A stretch of 64,000 bases of DNA. Source: Octopus vulgaris (taxonomy: Eukaryota). The notes beneath the pieces were generated by a model that was not told where the DNA came from, did no database searches, and worked only from the letters and a program-made list of their open reading frames with translations. This document shows positions 25,000 through 39,123 of the stretch, in pieces. Every line of letters starts with the position of its first letter. The stretch's first letter is position 1. The stretch covers positions 53,568,001 to 53,632,000 of the forward strand of contig OX597815.1 of the NCBI GenBank assembly GCA_951406725.2, read 5' to 3'. The translations under genes were made by a program, and so were the position numbers.

Positions 25000-26530
25000 A
25001 CCACAACTGTGGCAGGAATCAATGGGGAAATCTTCTAAGGAATACTCAAATCCTTACTGAAATACTCGTAGAAACTTACATTAACTACGAACCAAACATC
25101 AAAGCAGGTAACTTCACATTAGCAGTGGGTAACTATCAGAGTCTAAAATAGAAAATGATGTTCACGAAGCCTTGCACCTTCGGTTTGGGCAACAAGCCCA
25201 CTAAGGCAGGGAAAACCGGGCCATTTATTGATATACCTCTCCAGCTGCGCCTCTCTGTATACACGGAAACTAAATCGATAAATGCATTAAAGGATGAATC
25301 ACTGCATTTCCTTAAAAGTAGTGACTTAACCTTGGTACAGATTTACCGTAGTATCATATCAGCAATAGCTATGCAATTGTATCTAGTTGGAGCTCAAGAA
25401 AAATTTTCGTACCAACCAGAATGGATACAGAAAAAATAACTGAACAAATGTTAATCGTCAGACGATTTATTGAGACTGTTCAAAATAAAGAATCTTCCTG
25501 TCATTCTATTATTCGTGGATTTCTCAAAATTATTTAACTCAGTTCACGGAATAAAAAATAAAACAAATTCTGCTAGCCTATGGATTCACTCAACAAATAA
25601 TAGATGCAATAATGATGTGCTATACAACACTGAAGCTAAGGTACGTTCACCTGGCAGAGACAGAAATTTAGGTCATTGTAGTTGATGTCTTACCTAAATA
25701 CACATTTGCAACATTTAGTTATTCTTAATCTATCTCTAATGTATTTTTCAGTCGATCATAACAAGAAATATGGCAATCTCACAAAATCAAGAGGTTCCAA
25801 AAAGACCACCCCTACAATAACACATGTAGATGACTGGGCTTTAATGATGGTAAAATTGCAAGAGGTATTAATCTACTTCACAGTTTGGAAAATATGGTGG
25901 GAAGCATTGGTCACTATGGTAATGCTAGAGAAAATGGAATTCATCAAATACATTTTGGAAAGTGCTTTGATCTCGTTGACTGGAAGCTCGATAAAACTAG
26001 TAGATTCTTTCACTGGGAGCAAATGCTAAAAGGCGTATAAAACAAAGGTCTTTAACAAAATATTAAAAAAATATAAGCATAATACGGAAACCTAAACTCC
26101 CAAAGAATCTGAAAAGGAACTTCTTCCATGTAGTGATTGACTCTGTATAACTTTAGGATTTTCCAGTTCGACACTAACCAGAAAGCTTAAAACTATGCTA
26201 GAGAGCATCAAAAGCATACGTCATTACTTTTTTTTAAAAAATATATTCTGAAAAGAACAACCTTCAAAAATAAAGATTATATCATAATTTTCCTAAAGTA
26301 AAAGATACTACTCAAGAAAGAAAAGTTAATTTTATAAGACACTGCTGGAGTTGCAAGGAAGAACTCGTTAGTGACACAATGCGTTGGACATATTGAAATA
26401 GTTGTGATCGCTTTAGTCTCGTTGCGGAGGCATACGTTGACCAATTAATCAACTAGTGACATTGGATGTCCCTGATAAGATGTAGCATATGCCACGGAAG
26501 ATACAGATGGCTGAAGGATTCGGGTTATGA
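25000..26530 (+). mobile_element. Old RTE-like LINE reverse transcriptase relic
   Basis: KNLPVILLFVDFSKLFNSVH (FVDFSKAFDS motif), ITHVDDWAL (YADD-like), IKLVDSF; multiple frameshifts. An endonuclease-like GVGILFNPKA..ISCY remnant lies on the minus strand at about 24420-24535. Confidence 0.7.
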
Positions 26531-26991
26531 AAATTCGTGCAATGATGATGTTGATGATGAGGATAATGGTAATGATGATAAAGATGCATGTGTTATTTAT
26601 GTATGTATGTGTGTGTATGTATGTATGTATGTATGTATGTATGTATGTATGTATGTATGTATGTATGTATGTATGTATCTATATACGCGTGCGTGTATGT
26701 ATATATGTATATATGTATGTGTTTGTGTGTACATATATGGCGTGTGCGTATGCATATACATAAATACATGCACACACATACACACATTGTGTACATACGT
26801 AGATATATAAAGTCAGATGCATGGTAACACAAGAACTGGTATAAATAAATGCGTGTACGTGTGCGTGTATACTCATACACATACATACATATACACACAT
26901 ACACACACACATATAGTATGTGCACATGCGTGATTATGTGTATGTGTGCCTGTGCATAAGAGAAAGAAAGAAAGAAAGAAAGAAAGGAGGA

Positions 26992-27063
<72 letters not shown>

Positions 27064-27454
27064 AATATGTAGGCATGTAGACAGTTACAAACATACGTCA
27101 ATTTGAATGATAAATAACAGTTCGAAATATTGAGTTGTTGGCAGAAAAATTGAAGTGAATTTCTTGTTATTCCTTAAGAGGTTTATAATGTTTTGTACAG
27201 TAAAAGCCTACAAAACACTAACTTTAACTTTAACCAGTGATTCATATTTCTCGCTGCCCCTCTCTTTCTATCTGTGTATGCATTTCTTTCAAAACTGCTT
27301 GTGTTGTGATAGCATATTCATGTTTTTGCGTATGTGTATATATGCATACCTGTGCGGTATTTCATAGCTTTGTGTCATTGTAAATTTATATATGTGTGTG
27401 TGTGTATTGTATTTTTTAGATAAGTTTTAATGTTTCTGTGTGTGTGTGTATGTT

Positions 27455-27485
<31 letters not shown>

Positions 27486-29769
27486 CAGAGAGAGAGACAG
27501 AGAAAGAGAGAGTCTTTATATATTGGGTGTATATGTGCAATTTGTGCATGAGAGTGTCTACGCGTGTTTGCTTGAATAAATGTGTGCGTATATGTGTGAT
27601 TGCGTATCAGTGTGTCTATGTATTTATGTGTGCGTGTGATCATGTGTGTGTGTAAGTGTGTGAGTGTTGTTGTGCGTCGTAAATCAATGTTTTGGTTCTG
27701 AAATTGTGCGGGCGTATGTATGCCTGTGAAGTTTTGCATGTGTGTGTGTGTGGTGGTAGTGGTGGCGATGGTGGTGGTGTATGTGTGTGTGTATGTGGTT
27801 TTGTGTGTGTGTATGTTTATGTGAAATGTTGTATGTTTGTTTGTGTGTGTGCGTGCGTGTGAAGTTTCGTGTGTCTGCTTGTGTTTTTGTGTAAGTGCTG
27901 TTGTCAATGTTTGATCAAAGTGCACCGTAGCTATGACCATTCAGTACTTGTTCTATCATAACATATTCACGGCTATATTATGCAAGAGCCTTGTAAAACT
28001 GGCAGGGCGTGATTTGAGGGAGATTTGGGGCTATTTCTAACAGATCGAGAGACCACGTAGAGGCATCCAGAGTGGCTCGAAAATGATAGTGCATGAGGCA
28101 AAATGGCCGTGTACCATTTATTTTCGTTTCTTTACATTTTGAGTTCATATCTCTTCGAGGTCAACTTTGCTTTCCATCCTTCTGTGGGTCTATGAAATAA
28201 AGTTAAGAACAATAAAATCAGTAAATGGCTTGTATATAAAATTAAAGGTGGTATTACATCAAAATACTTAGAAATAGTGTAAGAATACTAGAATTTTGGA
28301 AATGGTCTAAATGCAGTGAAATTTAAATGTGTTTAAAAATTCTAAAGTTTTATTATAAGTGCTATTGTAAAGAGAATGATCAATTATTATTTATGCGGTT
28401 ATACAAGTCTGTATAGCGCATATTATATATAAACCATTCTATAGCTATGCTATTTGATTAATTTCCCACAGCATTGCCTTTGCGCTATCCTCAACATTCT
28501 TTTAAATATCACTGAAGTAGTGCTATAAGGGAGCATATCAAATGGTTGTGAGATTGTATCTGTATAACTGCATGTTGTTCTGTATGTATGTTATTCTGAA
28601 AGTAACGACTGAAAGTAATGGAAAGTAGCGTAAACGGAAAGTACTGAAACAATAACTGAAAGTAATGTAAACAGTTGGAGCAGTAAAGTATTGTTTACTT
28701 CTCCGCTTCAATTGTTGTAAATATACTACTGGGGATTATACTAGCGTCCATTATATTTAAGTTGTGTTGGAGACACTGTTGTAGCATTTTTGTAGCATTA
28801 GAGATAATGCATAATGCATGGTGTTGGTGAGAGAGTTTAGGAAGTCATTGTGATAATGTACTTAATACACTTTTGAATTGTTATGTGTTGGGGTGAATGA
28901 TGAGTTGAGAAAATGTCGATGGGCTCAGAAAAGATCACGATCAATTGGGTTGGAGTTACTGTTCGTCTGGAACTGCGATATGCCTAAAGTTCTGCAATTT
29001 AAAGGGCTTTCTGTGTAGACAAAGGGTAAGTGTTTATTCTTTTATATTAAGTTCATTTACTGTCAAGGTCATTATATTAAACATAGCCATTAAACATAGT
29101 TTCAACAGAGAAGCGAGATTACGTTGCTCAGTGTGCCGTTCCGTTTTAAGAAGGTAGGGTAAGATTTGAGAGCGATTGGTGAAACGACTTCTTCCTTGCT
29201 TTTATATATATATATCGAAATTTTTAGTGATGTCAGTAATTCACCTGAAAGACATTGAAAATGTTTGTTGTGAATGATCATTAGTAGGAATTCAATAGTT
29301 ATCACACTTTTTCGAAGAGAATTTTTGTGTCTGATGTACTCGAACCGCAGTAAAAATATTACACTAGATCTCTCACCATCCACTTTGCAACATACACGCG
29401 CGCGCGCAGAGAACACATGCTATGTGTATAATGAACTTAGCATTAGATTCGATCAGTCAAATGAACACAATTATCTGGTATATTGTGTAACAATGGTGTG
29501 ACAAACGAATCCTGCAGGATGAGACATCACTCGGCATCATCGTCTTTGCAATAATCTGCATCTTACAGTCCCACCCATTTATCATTATCTTCTCTCAACT
29601 ATTACTTTCGATGTCCTTATCATATATTCTATTATTATTCTCTCGTATTTTCCGTCTCGAATATGTCAAAACCATATTTCTGATTCTCATTAGACGGTTG
29701 TTACACTGTCCTGTCGGCACTCTTATTATTGTAACAATAATCTCAGCATTCAGTATTCCACGCAGCAGG

Positions 29770-30190
29770 ACTACCAGCACCAGCACCATCACCAGCACCA
29801 CTACCATCACCACTACCAGGACCACCACTAGCACCACCACTAGCACCACCACCACCACCACCACCACCACCACCACCACCACCACCACCACCACCACTAG
29901 CACCACCGCCACCACCACCACCACTACCACCACCATCACTACCACCACCATCACCACTAGCACCACCACCACCCGCACCCGTACCACCATCACCACCATC
30001 ACCACTAGAACTACCATCAACACTATCACGACAGCGATGACCACCACCACCATAACACCATCCCACGCCACCATCACTACCACCACGACCAGCACTAGAA
30101 CCAGCACCAGCACTATCACTACCACTTCCACTAGCACCACCACGACTACCACTAGAATCACCACAACTGCAACCACAACAAGCTATCACC
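29770..30190. repeat. Degenerate (ACC/ACT)n trinucleotide tract
   Basis: Directly visible; produces poly-Thr/Val/Gly pseudo-ORFs in several frames. Confidence 0.9.
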
Positions 30191-31024
30191 ATCATTACCA
30201 ACAACACTACGACCAGTATCCTGCAAGAATTAGCAACCAAGTATCCATCAGATTACTTGCCACTGTCTTAAATGATGTTCTTGGGTAGCCTAGTTAAGAG
30301 AAATGGTCGGCCAAGGTAGACTTGATCATCAGCATCAACAACAAAAACTACGATTCAAAATCTCCGTTTCTAAAACTATTGTTATCACCATAATTTTCGC
30401 CGGTTTCATTATTGTCCTTCTTCTTCTCTTCCTCCTCCTCATTACCCTCTCTATCATCGTCGTCCTCGTCGTTCTCCCCCTCTCCCCCTCTCCTCCTCAT
30501 CTTCCACTTCCTCATCTTCCTTCTCTACTTCATCTTCCTTCTCCTCCTCATCTTTCTCATCTGCCTTCTCTTATTTCTCCTCCTCCTCCTCTTCCTCCTC
30601 TTCCTCCTCTTCCTCCTCCTCCTCCTCATCATCATCATCATCGTCATCAGTCTAAACAGAATGAAGTAGTTGGGGTGAATTACGCTAATCGATCGTTTTT
30701 ACTACCAAGAATAATTGTTAATCACTAATTTACCGCTCTCTCCTTTCTTCTCATTTTTTTCTTGTCTTTATCCCTCTGTTTCCTTTTCTGCAACATCAGT
30801 CACTCCAAAATCATTTCCCTGAAATGCTTTCAAAAACAGCTATCTCTGATAAAACTTGACTATAATTTTGTTATGTATAAACATAATAGAAGAACCTGTA
30901 TATTTTATTCCTCAAGTAACATTATCATCTCTTCTGCCTTCCTACTCCTTTGTTTATTGTTGTTGGCTTTAGGCAGCGAGCTGGTAGAAGGCGGCAAGGT
31001 GGTAGAAGACAGCGAGATGATAGA

Positions 31025-31230
31025 AGGCGGCGAGCTGGTAGAATCGACAGCATGCGAGGCAAAATACTTAGCAGCATTTCGTCCGTCTTTACGTTCTGAG
31101 TTCAAATTCCGCCGAGGTCGACATTGCCTTTCATCTTTTCGGGGTCGATGAATTAAGTACCAGTGAAATACTGGGGTTCATGCAAATGACTAGTCCACTC
31201 CCACTAAATTTCAGGCCTTGTGTCTTTAGT
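31025..31230 (+). mobile_element. SINE copy (family of 46855-47080) preceded by three tandem head fragments
   Basis: ggcagcgagctggtagaa-type 19-mers repeat from 30972 before the full head ggcggcgagctggtagaatcg...gagttcaaattccgccgaggtcgac. Further copies at about 28080-28200, 33165-33330, 33345-33520, 43170-43290(-), 61125-61300(-). Confidence 0.85.
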
Positions 31231-31244
31231 AGAAAATATTATTA

Positions 31245-31332
<88 letters not shown>

Positions 31333-31449
31333 GGTGGTGGTGGTGGTTGTGGTGGTGGTGGTGGTAGTGGTGGTGGTATCATCAACACGTCGAAATTTTG
31401 TTTATTTCTTTATATGTTCCAAATTTGTTGTTGGAATTTTGTTATATAA

Positions 31450-32460
31450 CATTTAAGTCAACTTGACCACCTAGGAAAATTTTTCAACTTTTGTTTTGAA
31501 AAACACATTTTAAAACATAGCCTGCCTTCGACAACCAGCTAACTAAAAAGAGAAGTGACTCGCAAAGGAAGGTGCAGCACGTGAAAGGAGAGAAATATTT
31601 TCAATCGCTCAAACTTCAAAGTCCAAATACTTGCACTACTGCCACAGTGAGACAAAGATTGTAGAAGCAACAACAATAATAACAACACTATGAACAGCAA
31701 CAGCAAGAACTAGACTTCTGGTGGAAGTAAAATATGCAGTTTTGGAACATTTTATGCGAAATATAAAAAGATTCAGAAAAGCAAATTGGGTTGGAATGGG
31801 ATCGAAGATTCTTTTTCAGATGGAACCTGAGACGCTGCACAAAATCTCCGACCTAATAAATATTCCATGTTGTAACTGCAGGTGGTAGTTGAAGGAAGAG
31901 GGCCTCTACACTACAATTGTGGAAACTCTAATTACCTCAAAACTTTCTGTTCCTAACAACAAAAAAATGTGACGTCTGAAAGAAGACCTCCTCTACTGCC
32001 AACACCACAACATAAACAGCAACAACAGCAGCAGCCACAACAGAAACAGTTACAGAAATTACACCAGCAGTGTGAAACTGCATCAACTTCGATTGCAGCA
32101 CTGGACTAGAAGTATCACCTACAGAAACAACAGTAATAACAATACCAAAATTGTAAGCAACAACAAAATGAACAGAAGTTTCATCGCCATTAATGGCCAC
32201 CACATCACAGAAAGCAGCAACAAAAACCTTTGAAACAGCAACAAATATATCAAGAACAGAACAAGGCCAACCCTTTCCCCATAAAACAATACATACGCTT
32301 GCTGTGTAATGAAGTTGATGATGAGAAGCTTGAATAGTAAAAAGTCACTAATGAAAAAACAATAAAAATGAACACGTCCTAAAAAAAAAAAATGTTTGGG
32401 AGACATGAACGAATGGGAGAGATGTTTTGAGCGACGATATATCAACACAAACCCCCAACA
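31450..32460 (+). mobile_element. Decayed gag/ORF1-like sequence with zinc-knuckle remnant
   Basis: About 31877-31955 reads LQVVVEGRGPLHYNCGNSNYLKTFCS, resembling VEGR.P.C..CG...H....C knuckles of LINE ORF1; followed by a CAA/CAG-rich low-complexity tail. Confidence 0.4.
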
Positions 32461-32470
32461 ACAGCTACGT

Positions 32471-32655
32471 GGAGGCGCAATGGCCCAGTGGTTAGGGCAG
32501 CGGACTCGCGGTCGTAAGAACGCGGTTTCGATTCCCAGACCGGGTATTGTGAGAGTTTATTGAGCAAAAACACCTAAGCTCTACGAGGCTCCGGCGTGGG
32601 GGTTGGGTGAACCCTGCTGTACTCTTTCACCACAACTTTCTCTCACTCTTTCTTC
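32471..32655 (+). mobile_element. tRNA-Arg-like SINE head and body (family of 9051)
   Basis: ggaggcgcaatggcccagtggttagggcagcggactcgcggtcg...ggtttcgattcccagaccgg...cacctaagctc...ctctttcaccacaactttc. Confidence 0.88.
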
Positions 32656-34311
32656 TTACTTCTGCCACAAATCAGAGGGACCATGGTGTAACCCACTATG
32701 GTGTGGTAAACTTTCAGACCCTAGTCAAGATTGCGAATCCTCTGTACCCTATGATGGTTCAGCTCTCCACCTGTTAAAAGCCACCGTTTACGGAATTAGG
32801 ATAACAACGTAGCTTTCGCGTGATGGGTGGATCTTCAAGTTCCCACACGCATTCTTAGTAACTTAGAGTAGGCTCGAATTAGAAATTATTCTTTGTGGCT
32901 AACGGCCTGAGTCCTGATTGCAAGAAGAAGACAACAGCTACACCAGTACCATCAACACCCTAATCTCTATCAGCACCACTATTACAAACAATCTAATTTA
33001 CACACATATCAAATAGGAACACACAGCCCAACACACACACACACTAAAAGAAAAATAAGTTAACTATACGGCAATATGTACAAGCAATAAAGAAATTGCT
33101 AATCACATGCAGCAGCATACAAGTATCATGCACATTACATGCATGCATTACATGCACATTACATGCTTAGTGGCATTTATCCCGGCTCTTCACGGTCTGA
33201 GTTCAAATCCCACCGATGTCAACGTTGCATTTCGTCCTTTAGGGATCTATGAAGTAAAGTGCCAGTTAAATACTGGGTCGATGTAATTGAATAACACCCC
33301 TAAAATTGCTAGCCTTGTACCAAAATTTTAAATTCTTATAAAATCACGAGCTGGCAGAATCTTTAGTGCATCATACAAAATACTTAGTAGCATTTTTTTC
33401 CGCTCTGAGGCCGATTTTGTCTTTCATCCTTTTGGGGTCGATAAAACAAGTACGAGTTGATTACTGGATTCGATGTAGTCAACTGTCCCCACCCCTCAAA
33501 ATTGCTGGCCTTGTGCCAAAATGAGGAAGATTTATTATTAAAATTTCGGATTGGAAGCAGGCAGTGGATTAACAGAATTTTTAAAGCTTCAGAAAAAGAT
33601 GCGTTGGTTACTTTACCTCATGTCTATCACTTTACCCCTTGAAACAAATTAACGATCCTCTATGTGGCTGCTCGATTTGCTCAAATCAAGTTCTACCTCT
33701 TTATAAAGGGACGCAGCATATGGCGTCGGCTGTACACTCATGGCTTGGACCGAGCCTTTATCGCGGTTTGATCGGGACTAACAATAAAATAACGACAACA
33801 ATTATTAAAGTAGAGCCTTCAATGTAGTCTATATGTAGTCAATTGATATACTAGAAAAAAAGTGTTAAATTTTTATGAATCATACCAAGGATAAGAATTT
33901 GGTAAAGATTCATTGTGAGGTGACCTTGTTTCGAAGGGGCATTATATGCATTGTATAATATTCCACCAAAACAATTATTGCATATACAGCATCAGTTAAT
34001 CATCTGTTCTTAACTGAATGTTATAGAATATAAAAAAAAGAGAAAGCAAAGAAAACGACAGGAAAAAAATTTCCCGTCTAAAGCATCTTCAATATGTGAA
34101 GAGGCGGTTGCTAGTAACCTAAACACCCACGAACGACAACAGCTTGCCTATCTTTACCACCTACATGCATCATCACTTTAATCAGCTTGCGTCTTTGATC
34201 CGTAAATACCAAATGAATTTCAGGCTAAAGACTTTTAAATTACCTTCCATTACAACTTTTTATCTTTGTCGCAGTAAAAAATATGACAGGGAGAAATAAA
34301 GAGACAGACAA

Positions 34312-34424
<113 letters not shown>

Positions 34425-34515
34425 CCTCTCGCCCTCTCTCTCTGTCATATATATATCGTACTTTCACTCGCTTAAATTCTCTCACCCTGTCTGTCTGACT
34501 CTGTCGCTGTCTGTT

Positions 34516-34547
<32 letters not shown>

Positions 34548-35534
34548 ACACGCACGCGCGCACAAACACAAAGGTAGAAGAGACTGATTCAATCTTTCCA
34601 ATTTATCTTAAGCAGCTTCTAAGGTGTCTTTGATAGAGATTCTATCGTATTAAAAATGCCTGTTACTTTGTTCTTCGCATTTTTCCCCTTATGAGACAAA
34701 TCTCATAAAGAACAAGGATAACAACCAACAGAAAGCAAAAAGAATAACAATTAGCAAAAACTGAAGAAAATAAAAAGATGCAGATAATTGATTGGTACAA
34801 CAGCAACGTCAGCAACACGCTAGGTCGATTAAAGGTCTCTCTCGAATCACATTCAACCGTCCTACATAAATTATTTAATAAATAGTGGGATGGAAAGTAT
34901 TTTGATAACTGTGCTTGGCTAAAGCTGATCATCAGCAGCAATAAGAAACTTGGGCAAGTGGATGAACTAGTATCCTGCACTTGCTAGAAATAACAGCCAA
35001 AATATCTCATATTAGAGCCTACTGGCTAAGAGAAAATAAAGATGCATGGGACATTTTTGGCCTGGGTACCGAAAAGGACGGGACGGTTACGAATTGAACG
35101 CCTAACTGGGATAACATTGCAACAGCAGCAACAACAACTACAAATAGAATAAAAGAAGAGATTCAGGAAACTGGGCTTACCGGGCGAAGGTAAGGACGAA
35201 TCAATTACAATTACTGTATGGTGTGTCTCCAGGTTACCCAACCGAATGCGAACGCATACACATCGAGTCAAGAAGCTTAGCGAAGTCTCTCAACCATACT
35301 ACTATCTTTAAAATACAAGAACACAGCGGGTAATTATGATCCTAAATACTTTGAATTTAAAGCAATGAAGCAAGTTATCACCAGTTTATCGTATTTGTAC
35401 ATGGGACTTGGAGTTCAACAACAACAAATTTATCCTGTTGTCGATATACCATCTGTGAGTAATTTATATATATAATGAAGGAAAGCGTTGTATACAATGC
35501 TCAGGTACACTACAACTAAAAAAAAAAAAAAAGG

Positions 35535-35675
35535 CCATCAGGTGTACTGTCGGCGGATTTCAGGAAGAGTAGAAGTTTTGAAGGATGTAATGTCTCGACA
35601 GCTAACAACTGGTGCGGGTAGGTTATTCCATGCTTCAGCAATTCTGAGCGTGAAAAAATGTTTCAGAAAGTCATA
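35535..35675 (-). mobile_element. CR1-like LINE extreme 3' fragment
   Basis: HFFTLRIAEAWNNLPAPVVSCRDITSFK, the FF..R....WN.LP..VV CR1 ORF2 C-terminal motif. Confidence 0.75.
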
Positions 35676-36157
35676 CAATTTTAAATAGATAGCTGGAGAG
35701 CGGCTGACAAAGGAGGCCACTAGAATGATAGAATCAGCATCATGAAGAATCAGTGTAGTAGTTAATTACACGCATACATAGGTATTTTATCATTTTCGTT
35801 ATGACTGTTATTAAAATCTTTCGTCGCATACTAAAATTGTCACAGGTGTTCAGTAATCCTATCTCTGTATAGATATAGTACAAATCTATTCCATCTCAAT
35901 CACAGATTTTTTAATTATTTTTTTTAACTAAACAGTTTGAAACTTCGAATACTGGGAGAATTTCTCAAGTAGGATATGGTTTACTCTGAACGTTTTTGAG
36001 AAAATTTCGTATTTTAGAAGTTATTTCGTGTTAAAGTTGTCGTATTTGGGTAATTTCAACCAATCAACGATGTGTGTTCGGTTGAAGAAAGCTACTGCTA
36101 CTGCTGTTTGCGATGGTAATCGAAGAGAAACAACTTCCGGGTCATCTCTACTAAATG

Positions 36158-36383
36158 TTTTTCCGTCCTTGTTTCGTATACATTCAAAGCTTTTTTCCAA
36201 GGAAGCTAGTGCTCTTAGCTTAGTTTTTCCTTGGGGCTGGCCAGATTAGAGCAATCTCAAGATTAATCAGCCGAAATTGCGAGGATGATCCGGTTCTTGA
36301 CTGAAGATTGAAGGCTTCGAATGACCCGTTCGTGTTTTTTGTATCGTCTTCTGAATGTTTTGCGTTCTTGTCCCATTTTGTAT
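36158..36383 (+). mobile_element. Short repeat ending in (TA)n carrying permuted HHR family 4 (36235-36320)
   Basis: gcaat-C-tcaaga ... cagcc-GAA-attgc ... tcttga-CTGAAGA; homologous copies at 54330-54693, 54890-55098, 55170-55850 and a minus-strand end at 62332-62390. Confidence 0.8.
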
Positions 36384-36721
36384 TATATATATATATATAT
36401 ATATATATGCAATGTGAATGTATATGCGTGCAGGCATGTATGCATATAAATGCAGAGTTGTATACTATATAAATACTTATACGTGTGTGTACGTGTGTGT
36501 TTGTATACACACACACATACATACACAAATACATACGCAGGGACTGAGTAACCGTCAAATTATCTGAGAAACAAATGGGATATTCATTGTCGTAGAATGA
36601 TTAGGTAATACAACTAAAACATATATAGTCCAGACCGATGGCCAAACAATCCGTGGTGTGCGTGTGTGTGTGTGCGTGCATCCGTGTGCTTGTCTGCGTG
36701 TGCGCGTGCATGTTTGTATGC

Positions 36722-36756
<35 letters not shown>

Positions 36757-37171
36757 TGAATGCGTGTATGTGAGTTGTATACTTTAAAACTTACAACTCA
36801 ATGAAGATAGAGGAACAATAGCAACTGCGATAACAACAATTATAAGAAAGTGAACGTGAAGCAGGATAATACAGCTGATGAACATAATGATAAAGTAGGA
36901 GGTGGAGGAGGAGGAGGAAGAGGAGGAGGAGCGAAAATGCAGGAGGAGTAAAAGATGACAAAGGAGGAGGAGGAAGATGAAGAAATAGAATTAAGGAAGG
37001 CGAAGGGGGACATGAAGGAGAAAAGAAGACGAGGGGGTAGAAATAGAAAAGGAAGAAGAAGAAGAAGAAGAAGAAGAAGAAGAAGAAGAAGAAGAAGAAG
37101 AAGAAGAGAAAGAAGAAGAAGAAAAATTAGAGAAAGAAGAGAGAGAAGAAGAGAAATACTAAGACTAAGAC

Positions 37172-37202
<31 letters not shown>

Positions 37203-37455
37203 AAGAAGAAGAAGAAGAAGAAGAAGAAGAAGAAGAAGAAGAGAAAACCGAAGAAGAAAAATTAGAGAAAGAAGAAAGAGAAGAAGAAAAAGACTAAGAA
37301 GAAGAAGAAAAAGAAGAGAGAGAAAAGAAAGAAGAAGTAGAAGAATTACAGAAAGAAGAGAGAAGAAGAAGAAGTAGAAGAAGAAGAAGAAGAAGAAGAA
37401 GAAGAAGAAGAAGAAGAAGAAGAAGAAGAAGAAGAAGAAGAAGAAGAAGAAGAAG

Positions 37456-37486
<31 letters not shown>

Positions 37487-37562
37487 GCTACATAAATATC
37501 GTCAGCAAAAAGAGAATAAAAAAGAGAGAATAAAATGAATAAAAACAGGCAGATGTAGCAAA

Positions 37563-37603
<41 letters not shown>

Positions 37604-38289
37604 ATAATATAAAGACAAATTGAAAAGCAGCGAATCATTGTTAGAATGTTTGTGAATTTAAACGAGCATAACTGTAGCTGACAGTCATGAGTGCAATTTT
37701 CAGTTGAAGTGATTTCGCTGAGAGAACAACACATTAGATATGCATGGAAGTGAACGGTTGGTTGAGCAAGAAGTCAAGGAAGAAACAGTCGAAAAGAAGC
37801 TGGCAATATTAACCTCAAACTACGCGGGCCAATGCCGATGTTATACAAATACGTCACTGGCGTATTAGCATTCTTATTAAACATTAAAATCAGTTTTAAC
37901 ATACATGCTATTATATGTGCATTATTTGCTTGTGTCTTTGTGTTATTGTAGTACTTCTTTTTCTGTTTGTTGGTTCTGTTTATATTTCTTTTGTTTTGTT
38001 GTTTATTCTGTTGTTGTTATTGTTGTTGCTTTTGCTCGTAAAGTTGTTATGTTTTTGTTGTTATTGCTTTGCTGATATGTGTTTTGTGTTTCTGAGGACT
38101 TTCGTAAAATGTTTTCATGTTCGGAGCTGGAAACAACAACAACAACGACCACAATAACAAAACCACAACTGCAACAACAGTACAATAACACCACCACCAA
38201 CAACAATAGTAGAATAATACCACCACCACCAATAACAACAACAATAAGAACAGCAAACAATAGCGGCAGTAGTAACTCGAGCAAGTAAG

Positions 38290-38490
38290 GATGCATCTAC
38301 TCGATCGTCTGATCTGCTAAAAATAACGGCTAAATAACCCTCAAAACACACGTTTATTGTCTTAAACAAGGCAAGAACAAATGAGATAATATAGTCCCTA
38401 AATACCTATAAAAAACAGGGCGGTCATGGTGGAATTGTCTTTCATGATATGCCTGTTTTATCAAGGTAGGCCTGGGGCTAAATAACTTCA
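38290..38490 (+). mobile_element. Old interspersed repeat (unclassified SINE-like 3' module)
   Basis: gatctgctaaaaataacggctaaat...ggcggtcatggtggaat...tcaaggtaggcctggggctaaataac recurs in degenerate form at 33655-33790, 34960-35010, 28010-28075(-), 39900-40080(-). Confidence 0.55.
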
Positions 38491-39055
38491 TTTACAAGAA
38501 TAAAAGTAGGAGCAACAGCAACAACAACAATAGTATTGTACTGTAAAGTTAATTGAAAAGCAAAAGATACGAATAAGAAGAGGAAGAGGGAATGAGGAGT
38601 TGGAGAAGAAGAAGAAGAAGAAGAAGAAGAAGAAGAAGAAGAAGAAGAAGAAGAAGAAGAAGAAGAAGAAGAAGAAGAAGAAGAAGAAGAAGAAGAAGAA
38701 GAAGAAGAAGGGAGAAAAGGAGGCAGAGAAGAACAAGAAGGTGAAGGAGGAGCAAGAGAAGTAGAGTGATGGAAAGAAATGTGTTGGAAAGAAAATTATG
38801 AAAATAATAGTCAAGAATATGAAACAGAGTTTGATGTGAGAAAATGCTAAAAAGTGATGTGGAAGAAAGATATATAGGACTGATGGATTATGGCCGCCGG
38901 GTAAGAATTGAATAGCTTTCAGAAAATGTCGTACGTTAGACATATGTATGTGTCTCTCAGAAATATACATATGTATATACACACATAGATGTAGATGTAG
39001 ACACATATACACATAGAGAGATGCATACACACATATACACGTGTACATACATTAC

Positions 39056-39123
<68 letters not shown>

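Noticed and set aside
28940-29035. Strong donor site gg|gtaagt suggesting an exon
   Set aside because: No convincing upstream acceptor or recognisable reading frame; donor consensus alone occurs by chance.
29611-30288. 225-aa Thr-rich mucin-like ORF
   Set aside because: Degenerate (ACC)n tract open in several frames on both strands; no splice or homology support, though a mucin exon cannot be fully excluded.
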